This document shows, piece by piece, positions 61,441-64,000 of a stretch of DNA of 64,000 bases. The first letter of the stretch is position 1; every line of letters begins with the position of its first letter. The position numbers and the translations under genes were made by a program. The notes under the pieces were generated by a model. That model did not search any database and was not told the DNA's origin. It was given only the letters and a program-made list of their open reading frames with translations. The DNA comes from the human T2T-CHM13v2.0 reference genome, Homo sapiens: NCBI RefSeq assembly GCF_009914755.1, contig NC_060945.1, one strand, 5' to 3'.

Positions 61441-62849
61441 ACATGGGGTTTTCCTCCCTAGTCCATGCATGGACCTCAGTGGCCTTTGGTTTGTCAGTTT
61501 TTTTATATTCCTTCGAGATGAAGTTCATCCATTTAAAAAAATAAAATACAAATAAGTTTGATTTAGCAAAAATCTGTGGGTGACATTTGCTAAAGTTGGA
61601 TTTATGTCTCATTTAATATTTATTGGGATTAAGTCACTGCTGGCCTCACCCCAAAACCCATAGAAAAAGAGAAGCTCAGGTCTTTCTAAGGGAAGTCACG
61701 TCTTACACTTCCCCTTTTCAGGAGAGGCCTAGTGAGAATGTGGTTTTGCTCCAGGGGCTGGGGCTGGGGTGGGAGCCTGGAGGATCCTTTCTAAAGGCTG
61801 ATACCCCCCAGTTATTGGGGGCAAGGGGGCTGAGAAGCATTTCTTCTTGAGGCCCATGTCAACCCCATCCAAATCCCCTCGTAACATCAAGCAGAGCAAC
61901 TAAGACAGAGCCAAGAGCAGCCCAACCTTGGTCATGGGGAATCCTCACCGTCCTCTCTGTCCCCAACCCTGTCTATCCTGGGGAAGACAGCCCAGAGGCA
62001 GACATGACCCCACTGTCCCCCGGTGTAGACACAATAGCAGCAAGGAAGACAGCCTGCTAACCTTTCTAGAATCCATTTTTCTCCACACTCCCACACCACG
62101 GCCTTCCTTTCTTGCTTCTTACACGCCTGCTGTTAGAAAGATCTTAATTCTGGTGACTGAGGGAAACACAAAATGGTGGCTTATAATCAAATCAGCCCAG
62201 AAGCCACTCTGCACCCAAACCTATCACCCGGAGGGACGTGAAAGCTAATTCTTCAAAAGCCAAACACAGTCGTCTCCTTTTCCAAGTCCTGGGATTCAGC
62301 TGTCAGGCCTCATGAAAACCATTCTCCTCAAGGTTAAAACCTTAATGCACTGTTTGCACATTGAATCAAAAGAGGTTTGCATAATTAATGGAGCACAGAA
62401 AAATCGGGAGACAGAACGCAAAGTAGGTTTTAGGAGAAATAAAAGGCTTGCAGGAGGAAGGCATGCCCTCCTGAGTTTGCTGCACAAGTACAAAGACACC
62501 GGTGGAATCAAAAGGCAGGTCATGAGAACCAGCCACAGGGGACCTCTTCCAGCCTTCAGCACAGGGAGGAGAGGAAACAAGACGTCTGGACACTGGGTTT
62601 CTGGAGCAATGCTTCCACTGTCCTTCAAATGTGCCTCAAATTGTTCAAGCAAACTCAGAACGTCTCTGCCACGTTCCCTGGAACAATGGAATGTCCTTGC
62701 TGAGAAAGGCAGGGAGCAAGACGAAGGCAGGCAGGCAGCATTTCCTCTACAGACAGACACTGCGCAGTGTCCCGCAGCCCCCCAAATTGGGGAGGGATTC
62801 CTCGCGTGGCATCAGTAAGGGGCGCTCAGCAGAGGCAGCCTGGCATATG

Positions 62850-63352
62850 GTGTCTCCAATTTTTTAGTGACAAGTGGCATGTTAGCAGAGCTGCGGAGGA
62901 GCGGGGAGAGAGCCGGTTGGTTAATCACTCCCCATTGCCTGCACCCTCAGGCAAAATCATATTGCTTTATGCAGATGAGTTCATAACAGTTTCTTCAATT
63001 TGGCTTTTATAGAAAAAAGCGCCAGCTCCTCGCACTGTGTCAACAGCCACCCGAGGGCCTAGCACTTTACAAGGCGAGTGTATTACTATTTAAAGACCAG
63101 CTTTTAGCTGAACATCAGGGCTGCCTTCAGAGTTTAATTACCGCCCTCCCCATGGGGCCAAATGAGCCATCGACTCCTCCCAAGGGGGTTCTGCTTGGTA
63201 CTGATCTTTAAGTAAGTAAACGCTAAACCAGCTCATCTTAAAGCGCCCACATCTGATTTCCTGCTCTGCTGCAAGACAGTAGGTGACTGGTAATGACCCG
63301 TGAGCAATTTACAATCCTGGATGTAATTAATCTTCAACTGAAAATAAACCAG
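62850..63352. promoter_or_regulatory. Candidate developmental enhancer
   Basis: Non-repetitive, CpG-retaining and dense in homeobox (TAATTA x2, TAATGA), E-box (CATCTG) and forkhead-like (GTAAAC) motifs; motif inspection only. Confidence 0.4.
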
Positions 63353-63776
63353 TAAAAAAATATATATATATATATATGTACAATATAAAATATATAATAG
63401 AATTTGTATTTCCTTTTCTAAATTATCAGAGAAAGATCTCAATAGCACGTGCAATTTCCTGAAACAATTTCCAATTTTATTACAGCAGTTTTTTTCTTTC
63501 TCCTCTTACTTTCCTTCTCAATTTGCAAAATTGAATAGAATGTGTTTGAAAGGCCAGGGTCACAGCCTTTCTACATCCTCAACAGTGATCATCAAATTAG
63601 TCCTTTTAAAGTACCATTAGGTAGGCATGACTTTGGGATATATAATTGTCCGTTAGAAGACAAATTAACATGTCAATAGTAGTACACAGTGATATTTTAT
63701 CTGAGAGTGGCCCAAAGAATTAAAAATCTAGTGCATTTTCCAAAAGCCATGGAAGAATCAAAATAGGGTAAAACAA

Positions 63777-64000
63777 GGCCGGGCACGGTGGCTCATGCCT
63801 GTAATCCCAGCCTTTGGGAGACCAAGATGGGCAAACCACTTAAGCTCAGGAGTTCAAGACCAGCCTGAGCAACATGGTGAAACCCCATCTCTACCAAAAA
63901 TACAAAAAATTAACTGGGTGTGGTGGTGTGTGCCCGAGGTCCCAGCTACTCTGGAGGCTGAGGCGCGAGGATCACCTGAGCCTGGGAGCCGAGATTGCAC
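63777..64000 (+). mobile_element. AluJ SINE (cut by window end)
   Basis: 'cacttaagctcaggagttcaagacc', 'gaggatcacctgagcctggg'. Confidence 0.88.

Noticed and set aside
62296-62818. Overlapping antisense ORFs of 168 aa (+) and 154 aa (-) in unique DNA
   Set aside because: No recognisable domain. About one or two stop-free runs of this length are expected by chance in six frames of 64 kb. Ribo-seq or PhyloCSF support would be needed.

Overview
This is non-coding human genomic DNA (intronic or intergenic), AT-rich and dominated by interspersed repeats. The human assignment rests on about 18 Alu/FLAM elements, one carrying 4 of the 5 AluYa5 diagnostic bases. Other repeats are a 5.4-kb decayed L1MA-type LINE-1, a twin-primed (5'-inverted) L1 inside a MER20, about 12 solo LTRs (THE1, MST, MLT1, MLT2, LTR1, an ERV1-class LTR), DNA-transposon fossils (MER53, Tigger3a/MER7A, MER20, Charlie-like, MER5-like), L2/MIR fragments and many microsatellites, including a ~440-bp almost pure A/T tract. 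I recognise no protein-coding exon, tRNA, rRNA, snRNA or CRISPR array. Nearly all ORFs in the track are repeat translations or of chance length. I could not name the locus, and I see no evidence of a new multi-gene system. The most interesting items are small-scale: an inverted self-copy inside the L1 that predates an Alu insertion, a 39-bp TSD-flanked micro-insertion resembling an MST LTR, young or rare Alu lineages (Ya4/5, Yd), cruciform- and Z-DNA-prone repeats, and two or three motif-dense unique segments that look like enhancers (~31.0-31.35 kb, ~62.85-63.35 kb). Repeat subfamily calls come from remembered consensus sequences, not from a run alignment.
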